Assembly (NCBI GenBank): GCA_039621445.1
Contig: CP154954.1
Coordinates: 23,510,954-23,574,953, forward strand
DNA from: Euglena gracilis
Taxonomy: Eukaryota
Direction of reading: 5' to 3'
Length of the DNA stretch: 64,000 nt
Shown here: positions 14,756 to 30,537 of the stretch, in pieces
How the letters are laid out: the number at the start of each line of letters is the position of its first letter
Numbering within the stretch: position 1 is the first letter of the stretch
The notes under the pieces: model-generated
Database searches by the model: none
Seen by the model: only the letters and a program-made list of their open reading frames with translations
What the model was told of the DNA's origin: nothing
Translations under genes and position numbers: made by a program

Positions 14756-17700
14756 GGCCCACCCCCAGGCAGCCCGGGCCGAAACCACCGAAGTCCCAAG
14801 TGGAAGAAGAGAGAGCTACACGGGAAACCGTGGTCACCCCACAACGGGTGAGGAGGAGCCGGAGCTCGCCCGTTTTTCTCAGAACGGGTCTGTCTCCCCT
14901 GCTTTTTTCAGAGCAGGTCGGCCCCCACGGCTCGTGCCCCGCGGCAGAAGCAAGGTTCAAGCTCACCGACGCGGCATTCAAGACAGCTGTGGTCTGGAGA
15001 GAAGGGCGCTGGGGGACTCCACTGATGAGGCCCACCCCCAGGCAGCCCGGGCCGAAACCACCGAAGTCCCAAGTGGAAGAAGAGAGAGCTACACGGGAAA
15101 CCGTGGTCACCCCACAACGGGTGAGGAGGAGCCGGAGCTCGCCCGTTTTTCTCAGAACGGGTCTGTCTCCCCTGCTTTTTTCAGAGCAGGTCGGCCCCCA
15201 CGGCTCGTGCCCCGCGGCAGAAGCAAGGTCAAGCTCACCGACGCGGCATTCAAGACAGCTGTGGTCTGGAGAGAAGGGCGCTGGGGGACTCCACTGATGA
15301 GGCCCACCCCCAGGCAGCCCGGGCCGAAACCACCGAAGTCCCAAGTGGAAGAAGAGAGAGCTACACGGGAAACCGTGGTCACCCCACAACGGGTGAGGAG
15401 GAGCCGGAGCTCGCCCGTTTTTCTCAGAACGGGTCTGTCTCCCCTGCTTTTTTCAGAGCAGGTCGGCCCCCACGGCTCGTGCCCCGCGGCAGAAGCAAGG
15501 TCAAGCTCACCGACGCGGCATTCAAGACAGCTGTGGTCTGGAGAGAAGGGCGCTGGGGGACTCCACTGATGAGGCCCACCCCCAGGCAGCCCGGGCCGAA
15601 ACCACCGAAGTCCCAAGTGGAAGAAGAGAGAGCTACACGGGAAACCGTGGTCACCCCACAACGGGTGAGGAGGAGCCGGAGCTCGCCCGTTTTTCTCAGA
15701 ACGGGTCTGTCTCCCCTGCTTTTTTCAGAGCAGGTCGGCCTCCACGACACGTCCCCCACGGCAGAAGCAAGATTCAAGCTCACCGACGCGGCATTCAAGA
15801 CAGCTGTGGTCTGGAGAGAAGGGCGCTGGGGGACTCCACTGATGAGGCCCACCCCCAGGCAGCCCGGGCCGAAACCACCGAAGTCCCAAGTGGAAGAAGA
15901 GAGAGCTACACGGGAAACCGTGGTCACCCCACAACGGGTGAGGAGGAGCCGGAGCTCGCCCGTTTTTCTCAGAACGGGTTGTCTCCCCTGCTTTTTTCAG
16001 AGCAGGTCGGCCCCCACGGCTCGTGCCCCGCGGCAGAAGCAAGGTTCAAGCTCACCGCGCGGCATTCAACACAGCTGTGCTCTGGAGAGAAGGGCTCTGG
16101 GGGACTCCACTGATGAGGCCCACCCCCAGCCAGCCGGGCCGAAACCACCGAAGTCCCAAGTGGAAGAAGAGAGAGCTACACGGGAAACCGTGGTCACCCC
16201 ACAACGGGTGAGGAGGAGCCGGAGCTCGCCCGTTTTTCTCAGAACGGGTTGTCTCCCCTGCTTTTTTCAGAGCAGGTCGGCCCCCACGGCTCGTGCCCCG
16301 GCGGCATAAGCAAGGTTCAAGCTCACCGACGCGGCATTCAAGACAGCTGTGGTCTGGAGAGAAGGGCGCTGGGGGACTCCACTGATGAGGCCCACCCCCA
16401 GGCAGCCCGGGCCGAAACCACCGAAGTCCCAAGTGGAAGAAGAGAGAGCTACACGGGAAACCGTGGTCACCCCACAACGGGTGAGGAGGAGCCGGAGCTC
16501 TCCCGTCTTTCTCAGAACGGGTTTCTCCCCCGTGCTTATTTCAGAGCAGGTCGGCCCCCACGGCTCGTGCCCGCGGCAGAAGCAAGGTCAAGCTCACCGA
16601 CGCGGCATTCAAGACAGCTGTGGTCTGGAGAGAAGGGCGCTGGGGGACTCCACTGATGAGGCCCACCCCCAGGCAGCCCGGGCCGAAACCACCGAAGTCC
16701 CAAGTGGAAGAAGAGAGAGCTACACGGGAAACCGTGGTCACCCCACAACGGGTGAGGAGGAGCCGGAGCTCGCCCGTTTTTCTCAGAACGGGTTAGTCTC
16801 CCCTGCTTTTTTCAGAGCAGGTCGGCCCCCACGGCTCGTGCCCAGCGGCAGAAGCAAGGTTCAAGCTCACCGACGCGGCATTCAAGACAGCTGTGGTCTG
16901 GAGAGAAGGGCGCTGGGGGACTCCACTGATGAGGCCCACCCCCAGGCAGCCCGGGCCGAAACCACCGAAGTCCCAAGTGGAAGAAGAGAGAGCTACACGG
17001 GAAACCGTGGTCACCCCACAACGGGTGAGGAGGAGCCGGAGCTCGCCCGTTTTTCTCAGAACGGGTTTCTCCCCTGCTTTTTTCAGAGCAGGTCGGCCCC
17101 CACGGCTCGTGCCCGGCGGCAGAAGCAAGGTTCAAGCTCACCGACGCGGCATTCAAGACAGCTGTGGTCTGGAGAGAAGGGCGCTGGGGGACTCCACTGA
17201 TGAGGCCCACCCCCAGGCAGCCCGGGCCGAAACCACCGAAGTCCCAAGTGGAAGAAGAGAGAGCTACACGGGAAACCGTGGTCACCCCACAACGGGTGAG
17301 GAGGAGCCGGAGCTCGCCCGTTTTTCTCAGAACGGGTTGTCTCCCCTGCTTTTTTCAGAGCAGGTCGGCCCCCACGGCTCGTGCCCGGCGGCAGAAGCAA
17401 GGTTCAAGCTCACCGACGCGGCATTCAAGACAGCTGTGGTCTGGAGAGAAGGGCGCTGGGGGACTCCACTGATGAGGCCCACCCCCAGGCAGCCCGGGCC
17501 GAAACCACCGAAGTCCCAAGTGGAAGAAGAGAGAGCTACACGGGAAACCGTGGTCACCCCACAACGGGTGAGGAGGAGCCGGAGCTCGCCCGTTTTTCTC
17601 AGAACGGGTTAGTCTCCCCTGCTTTTTTCAGAGCAGGTCGGCCCCCACGGCTCGTGCCCGGCGGCAGAAGCAAGGTTCAAGCTCACCGACGCGGCATTCA

Positions 17701-20700
17701 AGACAGCTGTGGTCTGGAGAGAAGGGCGCTGGGGGACTCCACTGATGAGGCCCACCCCCAGGCAGCCCGGGCCGAAACCACCGAAGTCCCAAGTGGAAGA
17801 AGAGAGAGCTACACGGGAAACCGTGGTCACCCCACAACGGGTGAGGAGGAGCCGGAGCTCGCCCGTTTTTCTCAGAACGGGTTAGTCTCCCCTGCTTTTT
17901 TCAGAGCAGGTCGGCCCCCACGGCTCGTGCCCGGCGGCAGAAGCAAGGTTCAAGCTCACCGACGCGGCATTCAAGACAGCTGTGGTCTGGAGAGAAGGGC
18001 GCTGGGGGACTCCACTGATGAGGCCCACCCCCAGGCAGCCCGGGCCGAAACCACCGAAGTCCCAAGTGGAAGAAGAGAGAGCTACACGGGAAACCGTGGT
18101 CACCCCACAACGGGTGAGGAGGAGCCGGAGCTCGCCCGTTTTTCTCAGAACGGGTTGTCTCCCCTGCTTTTTTCAGAGCAGGTCGGCCCCCACGGCTCGT
18201 GCCCCGCGGCAGAAGCAAGGTCAAGCTCACCGACGCGGCATTCAAGACAGCTGTGGTCTGGAGAGAAGGGCGCTGGGGGACTCCACTGATGAGGCCCACC
18301 CCCAGGCAGCCCGGGCCGAAACCACCGAAGTCCCAAGTGGAAGAAGAGAGAGAGCTACACGGGAAACCGTGGTCACCCCACAACGGGTGAGGAGGAGCCG
18401 GAGCTCGCCCGTTTTTCTCAGAACGGGTCTGTCTCCCCTGCTTTTTTCAGAGCAGGTCGGCCCCCACGGCTCGTGCCCGCGGCAGAAGCAAGGTCAAGCT
18501 CACCGACGCGGCATTCAAGACAGCTGTGGTCTGGAGAGAAGGGCGCTGGGGGACTCCACTGATGAGGCCCACCCCCAGGCAGCCCGGGCCGAAACCACCG
18601 AAGTCCCAAGTGGAAGAAGAGAGAGCTACACGGGAAACCGTGGTCACCCCACAACGGGTGAGGAGGAGCCGGAGCTCGCCCGTTTTTCTCAGAACGGGTT
18701 TGCCTCCCCTGCTTTTTTCAGAGCAGGTCGGCCCCCACGGCTCGTGCCCGGCGGCAGAAGCAAGGTTCAAGCTCACCGACGCGGCATTCAAGACAGCTGT
18801 GGTCTGGAGAGAAGGGCGCTGGGGGACTCCACTGATGAGGCCCACCCCCAGGCAGCCCGGGCCGAAACCACCGAAGTCCCAAGTGGAAGAAGAGAGAGCT
18901 ACACGGGAAACCGTGGTCACCCCACAACGGGTGAGGAGGAGCCGGAGCTCGCCCGTTTTTCTCAGAACGGGTCTGTCTCCCCTGCTTTTTTCAGAGCAGG
19001 TCGGCCCCCACGGCGCGTGGCCGGCGGCAGAAGCAAGGTTCAAGCTCACCGCGCGGCATTCAAGACAGCTGTGGTCTGGAGAGAAGGGCGCTGGGGGACT
19101 CCACTGATGAGGCCCACCCCCAGGCAGCCCGGGCCGAAACCACCGAAGTCCCAAGTGGAAGAAGAGAGAGCTACACGGGAAACCGTGGTCACCCCACAAC
19201 GGGTGAGGAGGAGCCGGAGCTCGCCCGTTTTTCTCAGAACGGGTCTGTCTCCCCTGCTTTTTTCAGAGCAGGTCGGCCCCCACGGCTCGTCCCCGGCGGC
19301 AGAAGCAAGGTTCAAGCTCACCGACGCGGCATTCAAGACAGCTGTGGTCTGGAGAGAAGGGCGCTGGGGGACTCCACTGATGAGGCCCACCCCCAGGCAG
19401 CCCGGGCCGAAACCACCGAAGTCCCAAGTGGAAGAAGAGAGAGCTACACGGGAAACCGTGGTCACCCCACAACGGGTGAGGAGGAGCCGGAGCTCGCCCG
19501 TTTTTCTCAGAACGGGTTAGTCTCCCCTGCTTTTTTCAGAGCAGGTCGGCCCCCACGGCTCGTGCCCGGCGGCAGAAGCAAGGTCAAGCTCACCGACGCG
19601 GCATTCAAGACAGCTGTGGTCTGGAGAGAAGGGCGCTGGGGGACTCCACTGATGAGGCCCACCCCCAGGCAGCCCGGGCCGAAACCACCGAAGTCCCAAG
19701 TGGAAGAAGAGAGAGCTACACGGGAAACCGTGGTCACCCCACAACGGGTGAGGAGGAGCCGGAGCTCGCCCGTTTTTCTCAAACAAGCGTTGTCTCCCCT
19801 GCTTTTTTCCGATCAGGTCGGCCCCCACGGCTCGTGCCCGCGGCAGAAGCAAGGTTCAAGCTCACCGACACGGCATTCAAGACAGCTGTGGTCTGGAGAG
19901 AAGGGCGCTGGGGGACTCCACTGATGAGGCCCACCCCCAGGCAGCCCGGGCCGAAACCACCGAAGTCCCAAGTGGAAGAAGAGAGAGCTACACGGGAAAC
20001 CGTGGTCACCCCACAACGGGTGAGGAGGAGCCGGAGCTCGCCCGTTTTTCTCAGAACGGGTCTGTCTCCCCTGCTTTTTTCAGAGCAGGTCGGCCCCCAC
20101 GGCTCGTGCCCCGCGGCAGAAGCAAGGTCAAGCTCACCGACGCGGCATTCAAGACAGCTGTGGTCTGGAGAGAAGGGCGCTGGGGGACTCCACTGATGAG
20201 GCCCACCCCCAGGCAGCCCGGGCCGAAACCACCGAAGTCCCAAGTGGAAGAAGAGAGAGCTACACGGGAAACCGTGGTCACCCCACAACGGGTGAGGAGG
20301 AGCCGGAGCTCGCCCGTTTTTTTCAGAACGGGTCTGTCTCCACTGATTTTTTCAGAGCAGGTCGTACCCCACGGCTCGTGCCCGCGGCAGAAGCAAGGTC
20401 AAGCTCACCGACGCGGCATTCAAGACAGCTGTGGTCTGGAGAGAAGGGCGCTGGGGGACTCCACTGATGAGGCCCACCCCCAGGCAGCCCGGGCCGAAAC
20501 CACCGAAGTCCCAAGTGGAAGAAGAGAGAGAGCTACACGGGAAACCGTGGTCACCCCACAACGGGTGAGGAGGAGCCGGAGCTCGCCCGTTTTTCTCAGA
20601 ACGGGTCTGTCTCCCCTGCTTTTTTCAGAGCAGGTCGGCCCCCACGGCTCGTGCCCCGCGGCAGAAGCAAGGTCAAGCTCACCGACGCGGCATTCAAGAC

Positions 20701-23700
20701 AGCTGTGGTCTGGAGAGAAGGGCGCTGGGGGACTCCACTGATGAGGCCCACCCCCAGGCAGCCCGGGCCGAAACCACCGAAGTCCCAAGTGGAAGAAGAG
20801 AGAGCTACACGGGAAACCGTGGTCACCCCACAACGGGTGAGGAGGAGCCGGAGCTCGCCCGTTTTTCTCAGAACGGGTCTGTCTCCCCTGCTTTTTTCAG
20901 AGCAGGTCGGCCCCCACGGCTCGTGCCCCGCGGCAGAAGCAAGGTCAAGCTCACCGACGCGGCATTCAAGACAGCTGTGGTCTGGAGAGAAGGGCGCTGG
21001 GGGACTCCACTGATGAGGCCCACCCCCAGGCAGCCCGGGCCGAAACCACCGAAGTCCCAAGTGGAAGAAGAGAGAGCTACACGGGAAACCGTGGTCACCC
21101 CACAACGGGTGAGGAGGAGCCGGAGCTCGCCCGTTTTTCTCAGAACGGGTCTGTCTCCCCTGCTTTTTTCAGAGCAGGTCGGCCCCCACGGCTCGTGCCA
21201 ACCGGCAGAAGCAAGGTCAAGCTCACCGACGCGGCATTCAAGACAGCTGTGGTCTGGAGAGAAGGGCGCTGGGGGACTCCACTGATGAGGCCCACCCCCA
21301 GGCAGCCCGGGCCGAAACCACCGAAGTCCCAAGTGGAAGAAGAGAGAGCTACACGGGAAACCGTGGTCACCCCACAACGGGTGAGGAGGAGCCGGAGCTC
21401 GCCCGTTTTTCTCAGAACGGGTCTGTCTCCCCTGCTTTTTTCAGAGCAGGTCGGCCCCCACGGCTCGTGCCCCGCGGCAGAAGCAAGGTCAAGCTCACCG
21501 ACGCGGCATTCAAGACAGCTGTGGTCTGGAGAGAAGGGCGCTGGGGGACTCCACTGATGAGGCCCACCCCCAGGCAGCCCGGGCCGAAACCACCGAAGTC
21601 CCAAGTGGAAGAAGAGAGAGCTACACGGGAAACCGTGGTCACCCCACAACGGGTGAGGAGGAGCCGGAGCTCGCCCGTTTTTCTCAGAACGGGTCTGTCT
21701 CCCCTGCTTTTTTCAGAGCAGGTCGGCCCCCACGGCTCGTGCCCCGCGGCAGAAGCAAGGTCAAGCTCACCGACGCGGCATTCAAGACAGCTGTGGTCTG
21801 GAGAGAAGGGCGCTGGGGGACTCCACTGATGAGGCCCACCCCCAGGCAGCCCGGGCCGAAACCACCGAAGTCCCAAGTGGAAGAAGAGAGAGCTACACGG
21901 GAAACCGTGGTCACCCCACAACGGGTGAGGAGGAGCCGGAGCTCGCCCGTTTTTCTCAGAACGGGTCTGTCTCCCCTGCTTTTTTCAGAGCAGGTCGGCC
22001 CCCACGGCTCGTGCCCCGCGGCAGAAGCAAGGTCAAGCTCACCGACGCGGCATTCAAGACAGCTGTGGTCTGGAGAGAAGGGCGCTGGGGGACTCCACTG
22101 ATGAGGCCCACCCCCAGGCAGCCCGGGCCGAAACCACCGAAGTCCCAAGTGGAAGAAGAGAGAGCTACACGGGAAACCGTGGTCACCCCACAACGGGTGA
22201 GGAGGAGCCGGAGCTCGCCCGTTTTTCTCAGAACGGGTCTGTCTCCCCTGCTTTTTTCAGAGCAGGTCGGCCCCCACGGCTCGTGCCCGGCGGCAGAAGC
22301 AAGGTTCAAGCTCACCGACGCGGCATTCAAGACAGCTGTGGTCTGGAGAGAAGGGCGCTGGGGGACTCCACTGATGAGGCCCACCCCCAGGCAGCCCGGG
22401 CCGAAACCACCGAAGTCCCAAGTGGAAGAAGAGAGAGCTACACGGGAAACCGTGGTCACCCCACAACGGGTGAGGAGGAGCCGGAGCTCGCCCGTTTTTC
22501 TCAGAACGGGTCTGTCTCCCCTGCTTTTTTCAGAGCAGGTCGGCCCCCACGGCTCGTGCCCGGCGGAAGAAGCAAGGTTCAAGCTCACCGACGCGGCATT
22601 CAAGACAGCTGTGGTCTGGAGAGAAGGGCGCTGGGGGACTCCACTGATGAGGCCCACCCCCAGGCAGCCCGGGCCGAAACCACCGAAGTCCCAAGTGGAA
22701 GAAGAGAGAGCTACACGGGAAACCGTGGTCACCCCACAACGGGTGAGGAGGAGCCGGAGCTCGCCCGTTTTTCTCAGAACGGGTCTGTCTCCCCTGCTTT
22801 TTTCAGAGCAGTTCGCCCCCACGGCTCGTGCCCGGCGGCAGAAGCAAGATTCAAGCTCACCGACGCGGCATTCAAGACAGCTGTGGTCTGGAGAGAAGGG
22901 CGCTGGGGGACTCCACTGATGAGGCCCACCCCCAGGCAGCCCGGGCCGAAACCACCGAAGTCCCAAGTGGAAGAAGAGAGAGCTACACGGGAAACCGTGG
23001 TCACCCCACAACGGGTGAGGAGGAGCCGGAGCTCGCCCGTTTTTCTCAGAACGGGTTTGTCTCCCCTGCTTTTTTCAGAGCAGGTCGGCCCCCACGGCTC
23101 GTGCCCGGCGGCAGAAGCAAGGTTCAAGCTCACCGACGCGGCATTCAAGACAGCTGTGGTCTGGAGAGAAGGGCGCTGGGGGACTCCACTGATGAGGCCC
23201 ACCCCCAGGCAGCCCGGGCCGAAACCACCGAAGTCCCAAGTGGAAGAAGAGAGAGCTACACGGGAAACCGTGGTCACCCCACAACGGGTGAGGAGGAGCC
23301 GGAGCTCGCCCGTTTTTCTCAGAACGGGCTGGCTCCCCTGCTTTTTTCAGAGCAGGTCGGCCCCCACGGCTCGTGCCCGGCGGCAGAAGCAAGGTTCAAG
23401 CTCACCGACGCGGCATTCAAGACAGCTGTGGTCTGGAGAGAAGGGCGCTGGGGGACTCCACTGATGAGGCCCACCCCCAGGCAGCCCGGGCCGAAACCAC
23501 CGAAGTCCCAAGTGGAAGAAGAGAGAGCTACACGGGAAACCGTGGTCACCCCACAACGGGTGAGGAGGAGCCGGAGCTCGCCCGTTTTTCTCAGAACGGG
23601 TTTGCCTCCCCTGCTTTTTTCAGAGCAGGTCGGCCCCCACGGCTCGTGCCCGGCGGCAGAAGCAAGGTTCAAGCTCACCGACGCGGCATTCAAGACAGCT

Positions 23701-25663
23701 GTGGTCTGGAGAGAAGGGCGCTGGGGGACTCCACTGATGAGGCCCACCCCCAGGCAGCCCGGGCCGAAACCACCGAAGTCCCAAGTGGAAGAAGAGAGAG
23801 CTACACGGGAAACCGTGGTCACCCCACAACGGGTGAGGAGGAGCCGGAGCTCGCCCGTTTTTCTCAGAACGGGTCTGTCTCCCCTGCTTTTTTCAGAGCA
23901 GGTCGGCCCCCACGGCTCGTGCCCGGCGGCAGAAGCAAGGTTCAAGCTCACCGACGCGGCATTCAAGACAGCTGTGGTCTGGAGAGAAGGGCGCTGGGGG
24001 ACTCCACTGATGAGGCCCACCCCCAGGCAGCCCGGGCCGAAACCACCGAAGTCCCAAGTGGAAGAAGAGAGAGCTACACGGGAAACCGTGGTCACCCCAC
24101 AACGGGTGAGGAGGAGCCGGAGCTCGCCCGTTTTTCTCAGAACGGGTCTGTCTCCCCTGCTTTTTTCAGAGCAGGTCGGCCCCCACGGCTCGTGCCCGGC
24201 GGCAGAAGCAAGGTTCAAGCTCACCGACGCGGCATTCAAGACAGCTGTGGTCTGGAGAGAAGGGCACTGGGGGACTCCACTGATGAGGCCCACCCCCAGG
24301 CAGCCCGGGCCGAAACCACCGAAGTCGGGAGTGGGAGAAGAGAGAGCTACACGGGAAACCGTGGTCACCCCACAACGGGTGAGGAGGAGCCGGAGCTCGC
24401 CCGTTTTTCTCAGAACGGGTCTGTCTCCCCTGCTTTTTTCAGAGCAGGTCGGCCCCCACGGCTCGTGCCCGGCGGCAGAAGCAAGGTTCAAGCTCACCGA
24501 CGCGGCATTCAAGACAGCTGTGGTCTGGAGAGAAGGGCACTGGGGGACTCCACTGATGAGGCCCACCCCCAGGCAGCCCGGGCCGAAACCACCGAAGTCC
24601 CAAGTGGAAGAAGAGAGAGCTACACGGGAAACCGTGGTCACCCCACAACGGGTGAGGAGGAGCCGGAGCTCGCCCGTTTTTCTCAGAACGGGTCTGTCTC
24701 CCCTGCTTTTTTCAGAGCAGGTCGGCCCCCACGGCTCGTGCCCGGCGGCAGAAGCAAGGTTCAAGCTCACCGACGCGGCATTCAAGACAGCTGTGGTCTG
24801 GAGAGAAGGGCGCTGGGGGACTCCACTGATGAGGCCCACCCCCAGGCAGCCCGGGCCGAACCCACCGAAGTCCCAAGTGGAAGAAGAGAGAGCTACACGG
24901 GAAACCGTGGTCACCCCACAACGGGTGAGGAGGAGCCGGAGCTCGCCCGTTTTTCTCAGAACGGGTCTGTCTCCCCTGCTTTTTTCAGAGCAGGTCGGCC
25001 CCCACGGCTCGTGCCCGGCAGAAGCAAGGTTCAAGCTCACCGACGCGGCATTCAAGACAGCTGTGGTCTGGAGAGAAGGGCGCTGGGGGACTCCACTGAT
25101 GAGGCCCACCCCCAGGCAGCCCGGGCCGAAACCACCGAAGTCCCAAGTGGAAGAAGAGAGAGAGAGAGGAAACCGTGGTGAAGGAGGAGCCGCTCGCCCG
25201 TTTTTCAGAACGGGTTGCTTTTTTCAGAGCAGGTCGGCCCCCACGGCTCGTGCCCGCGGCAGAAGAAGAAGCAAGAAGTCGCGGCTCAGACGCTGTGGTC
25301 TGGAGAGAGAGGCGCTGGGGACTCCACTGATGAGGCCCACCCCCAGGCAGCCCGGGCCGAAACCACCGAAGTCCCAAGTGGAAGAAGAGAGAGCTACACG
25401 GGAAACCGTGGTCACCCCACAACGGGTGAGGAGGAGCCGGAGCTCGCCCGTTTTTCTCAGAACGGGTTGTCCCTGCTTTTTTCAGAGCAGGTCGGCCCCC
25501 ACGGCTCGTGCCCCCGCAGAAGCAAGGTCAAGCTCACCGACGCGGCATTCAAGACAGCTGTGGTCTGGAGAGAAGGGCGCTGGGGGACTCCACTGATGAG
25601 GCCCACCCCCAGGCAGCCCGGGCCGAAACCACCGAAGTCCCAAGTGGAAGAAGAAGAGAGCTA
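14751..25663 (+). mobile_element. Tandem array of hammerhead-ribozyme repeats (retrozyme-like satellite): 40 full periods plus a terminal partial
   Basis: The GATGAGGCCCACC core segment recurs 41 times (14751, 15024, 15296 ... 25595), mostly at 272-273 bp spacing, with one short degenerate unit near 25100-25330. Every unit has GTGGTC-TGGAG-loop-CTCCA-CTGATGA-GGCCC-loop-GGGCC-GAAA-CCAC. Both ends merge into (GA)n. Confidence 0.93.
14989..15061 (+). ncRNA. Type III hammerhead ribozyme C (first complete copy; repeated in each array unit)
   Basis: Stem III GUGGU(14989-93)/ACCAC(15057-61). GUC cleavage triplet, predicted cut after C14994. Stem I UGGAG/CUCCA. Core CUGAUGA 15022-28. Stem II GGCCC/GGGCC. 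GAAA 15054-57. Loop I GGGC..CUGGGGG is complementary to loop II CCCCCAG..GCCC. Confidence 0.93.
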
Positions 25664-25715
25664 GAAGGGAGAAGAGAGTGAGAGAGAGAGAGAGAGGAGA
25701 GAGGAGAGAGAGAGA

Positions 25716-28631
<2,916 letters not shown>

Positions 28632-29942
28632 GAGTTGAGTTGAGTTCAAAGTCACGTTCGTATTCATGGAATACGCTGGCCGCAGGTGGTATCATATGCA
28701 TGATATCCACGACCGTGACCGGGCCATGTACCCTCAGCCCCCCCTATTATTAGGTGTTATTTTGCGAGTGATGCGGCCAGCGCTCGGGCGGGCGGGCAGG
28801 CGGGCGGGCGGGCTGGGGCAATGGGCAGGGATGGGGATCCCACAGCCGCCGGTCCAACAAAAACAAAAGTAAAAAACAAAAAAACAGCAATAATAATATT
28901 TATAGATAGAGATGGAGATTATAGTCAGAGGAGTAGATCAGAAAAAGAAGAGGAAAGTAAGTGGCTTTCATCGTCGGTGGTTACTAGCAGGTTCCCTATT
29001 CAGCTCCCTATTCATAGATCCATCAGTTCCCTATTCAGCTCTTTTTGCCGTCCCTTGAAACGGAAGCGGGAGTCCTGAGTGTCATAAGAGAGACAAGATG
29101 GAGTCCCTTACTGTAAATGCTCAAGAAACTGCCAATTGCAAAAAAGAATCCTTTTTGACCAAAGAATTGCCCCACCCATTTGCCCCTGATTTGGCACCCA
29201 AAAATCCATAACCGTCTTGCCTAGGATTCGACGTAAGGGCAAGTGGCGGGACCCCCAACCTAAAATGGCGTGGTCCAGGTGACCAATTTGCGGCTCAGCA
29301 AAGCGCTGGGACGAAAAAACACCGTGGTGGGGGGTTTGGTCTAGAAGAGGTGCCAGTAGTTGTGGGGAAAACCAGCAGACCCAGGCCTATGGCCTGCCTA
29401 TGGCCTGGGGGCTATTGGCGACGAGGCGCCCTGAGAGCAAGACTGACAGTGCTCCCAATGGGGGAGAGTCTCCCGGCAGCCGTAAATGAACTCCAGGCAG
29501 ACGGGGCGTCCCGGTACACCGTGGGTAGTGTCAGGGGGGGGAGCTCTGGAGATCTGGCTGACGGCTGCAACCGAGGAGATGGTGAGCTGCAGGATGCGGG
29601 AGAGGTTGCGCCGGGCTGACAGATAGTGGGGGAAAGGCTGTACAAGGAGCACTGCCACTTCAATAAGGCAGCCGGGCACTCCACTCCACTTGATGTGGTA
29701 GTCACAGGGGCAGGGTGGCTCTAAATAGGAGGGAACAACTATCCCCTGTGATTATGAACCTCTCTCACTCCGTTCAAAACCAGCACAAGCCCACAGGTTG
29801 GCTCGAAAAAAAATCCGTAAACAATGGCTGATGATGGAGGATGAGAGGAAAAGGGAGAGAAGAAATTGTGGAGATGGGTCAAGAAAAATACCAAGACGGG
29901 AGTGCGATGCGTTGGAGAGAGCAGACCAGACCAGGGCCCCTG

Positions 29943-30380
29943 AGGGCTGTAAAAAAGGCTGTGGGCTGTAAAAAAAAAGCCTGGGCTGTAAAAACAGCTG
30001 GGGGCTGTAAAAAAAAATTGATGGGGGCTGTAAAAAAGGCAAGGGGATATAAAAAAGGCTGGGGGGCTGTAAAAAAAAGGCTGGGGCTGGGGAAAAAAAG
30101 GCTGGGGGCCGTAAAAAAGCCTGGGGGCTGTAAAAAAAAAAAGCTGGGGGCTGTGAAAAACCTGGGGGCTGTAAAAGAGAGAGAGAGAGGGAGGGAGGGA
30201 GGGAGGGAGAGGGAGGGAGGGATGGAGGGAGGGAGGGAGGGAGGGAGGGAGGGAGGGAGGGAGGGAGGGAGGGAGGGAGGGAGGGAGGGAGAGAGAGGGA
30301 GGGAGGGAGAGAGAGAGAGGGAGGGAGGGAGGGAGGGAGGGAGGGAGGGAGGGAGGGAGAGGGAGAGAGAGAGAGAGAGG
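29943..30380. repeat. GGGGGCTGTAAAAAA minisatellite followed by (GGGA)n
   Basis: Direct inspection. Confidence 0.85.
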
Positions 30381-30383
30381 AAA

Positions 30384-30537
30384 AGCACCCCCAGTTTCGC
30401 TGCGTTGGAGGCCAGGCGGGGGACACCCTGCCGTCACCGCCCAGAGCACCTCCTGGAAAAAAAAAGCAACCCCCCCCCCCACCTCCGACACCTCCACACC
30501 ACACACTTCCCATCCACACCAATCTGGAAGAGAGAGG
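30384..30537 (+). mobile_element. 5'-truncated copy of the same retroposon 3' end
   Basis: GCACCCCCAGTTTCGCTG...CACACACTTCCCATCCACACCAATCTGGAAGAGAGAG matches 28352-28503. It follows a (GGGA)n/(GA)n tract. Confidence 0.65.

Noticed and set aside
14954-14964. Pol III B-box (GGTTCAAGCTC) in the array unit
   Set aside because: The match is imperfect and polymorphic among units, there is no clear A box, and internal T5-T6 runs would terminate Pol III.
14751-25663. 5S rRNA, spliced-leader or C/D snoRNA tandem cluster
   Set aside because: There is no 5S or SL similarity. The TGATGA is fully explained as the hammerhead core CTGATGA, with correct stems and GAAA.
14673-25664. Long repetitive ORFs across the array as a protein-coding gene
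   Set aside because: Frames shift with single-base indels between units, and conservation matches RNA helices and the ribozyme core rather than codons.
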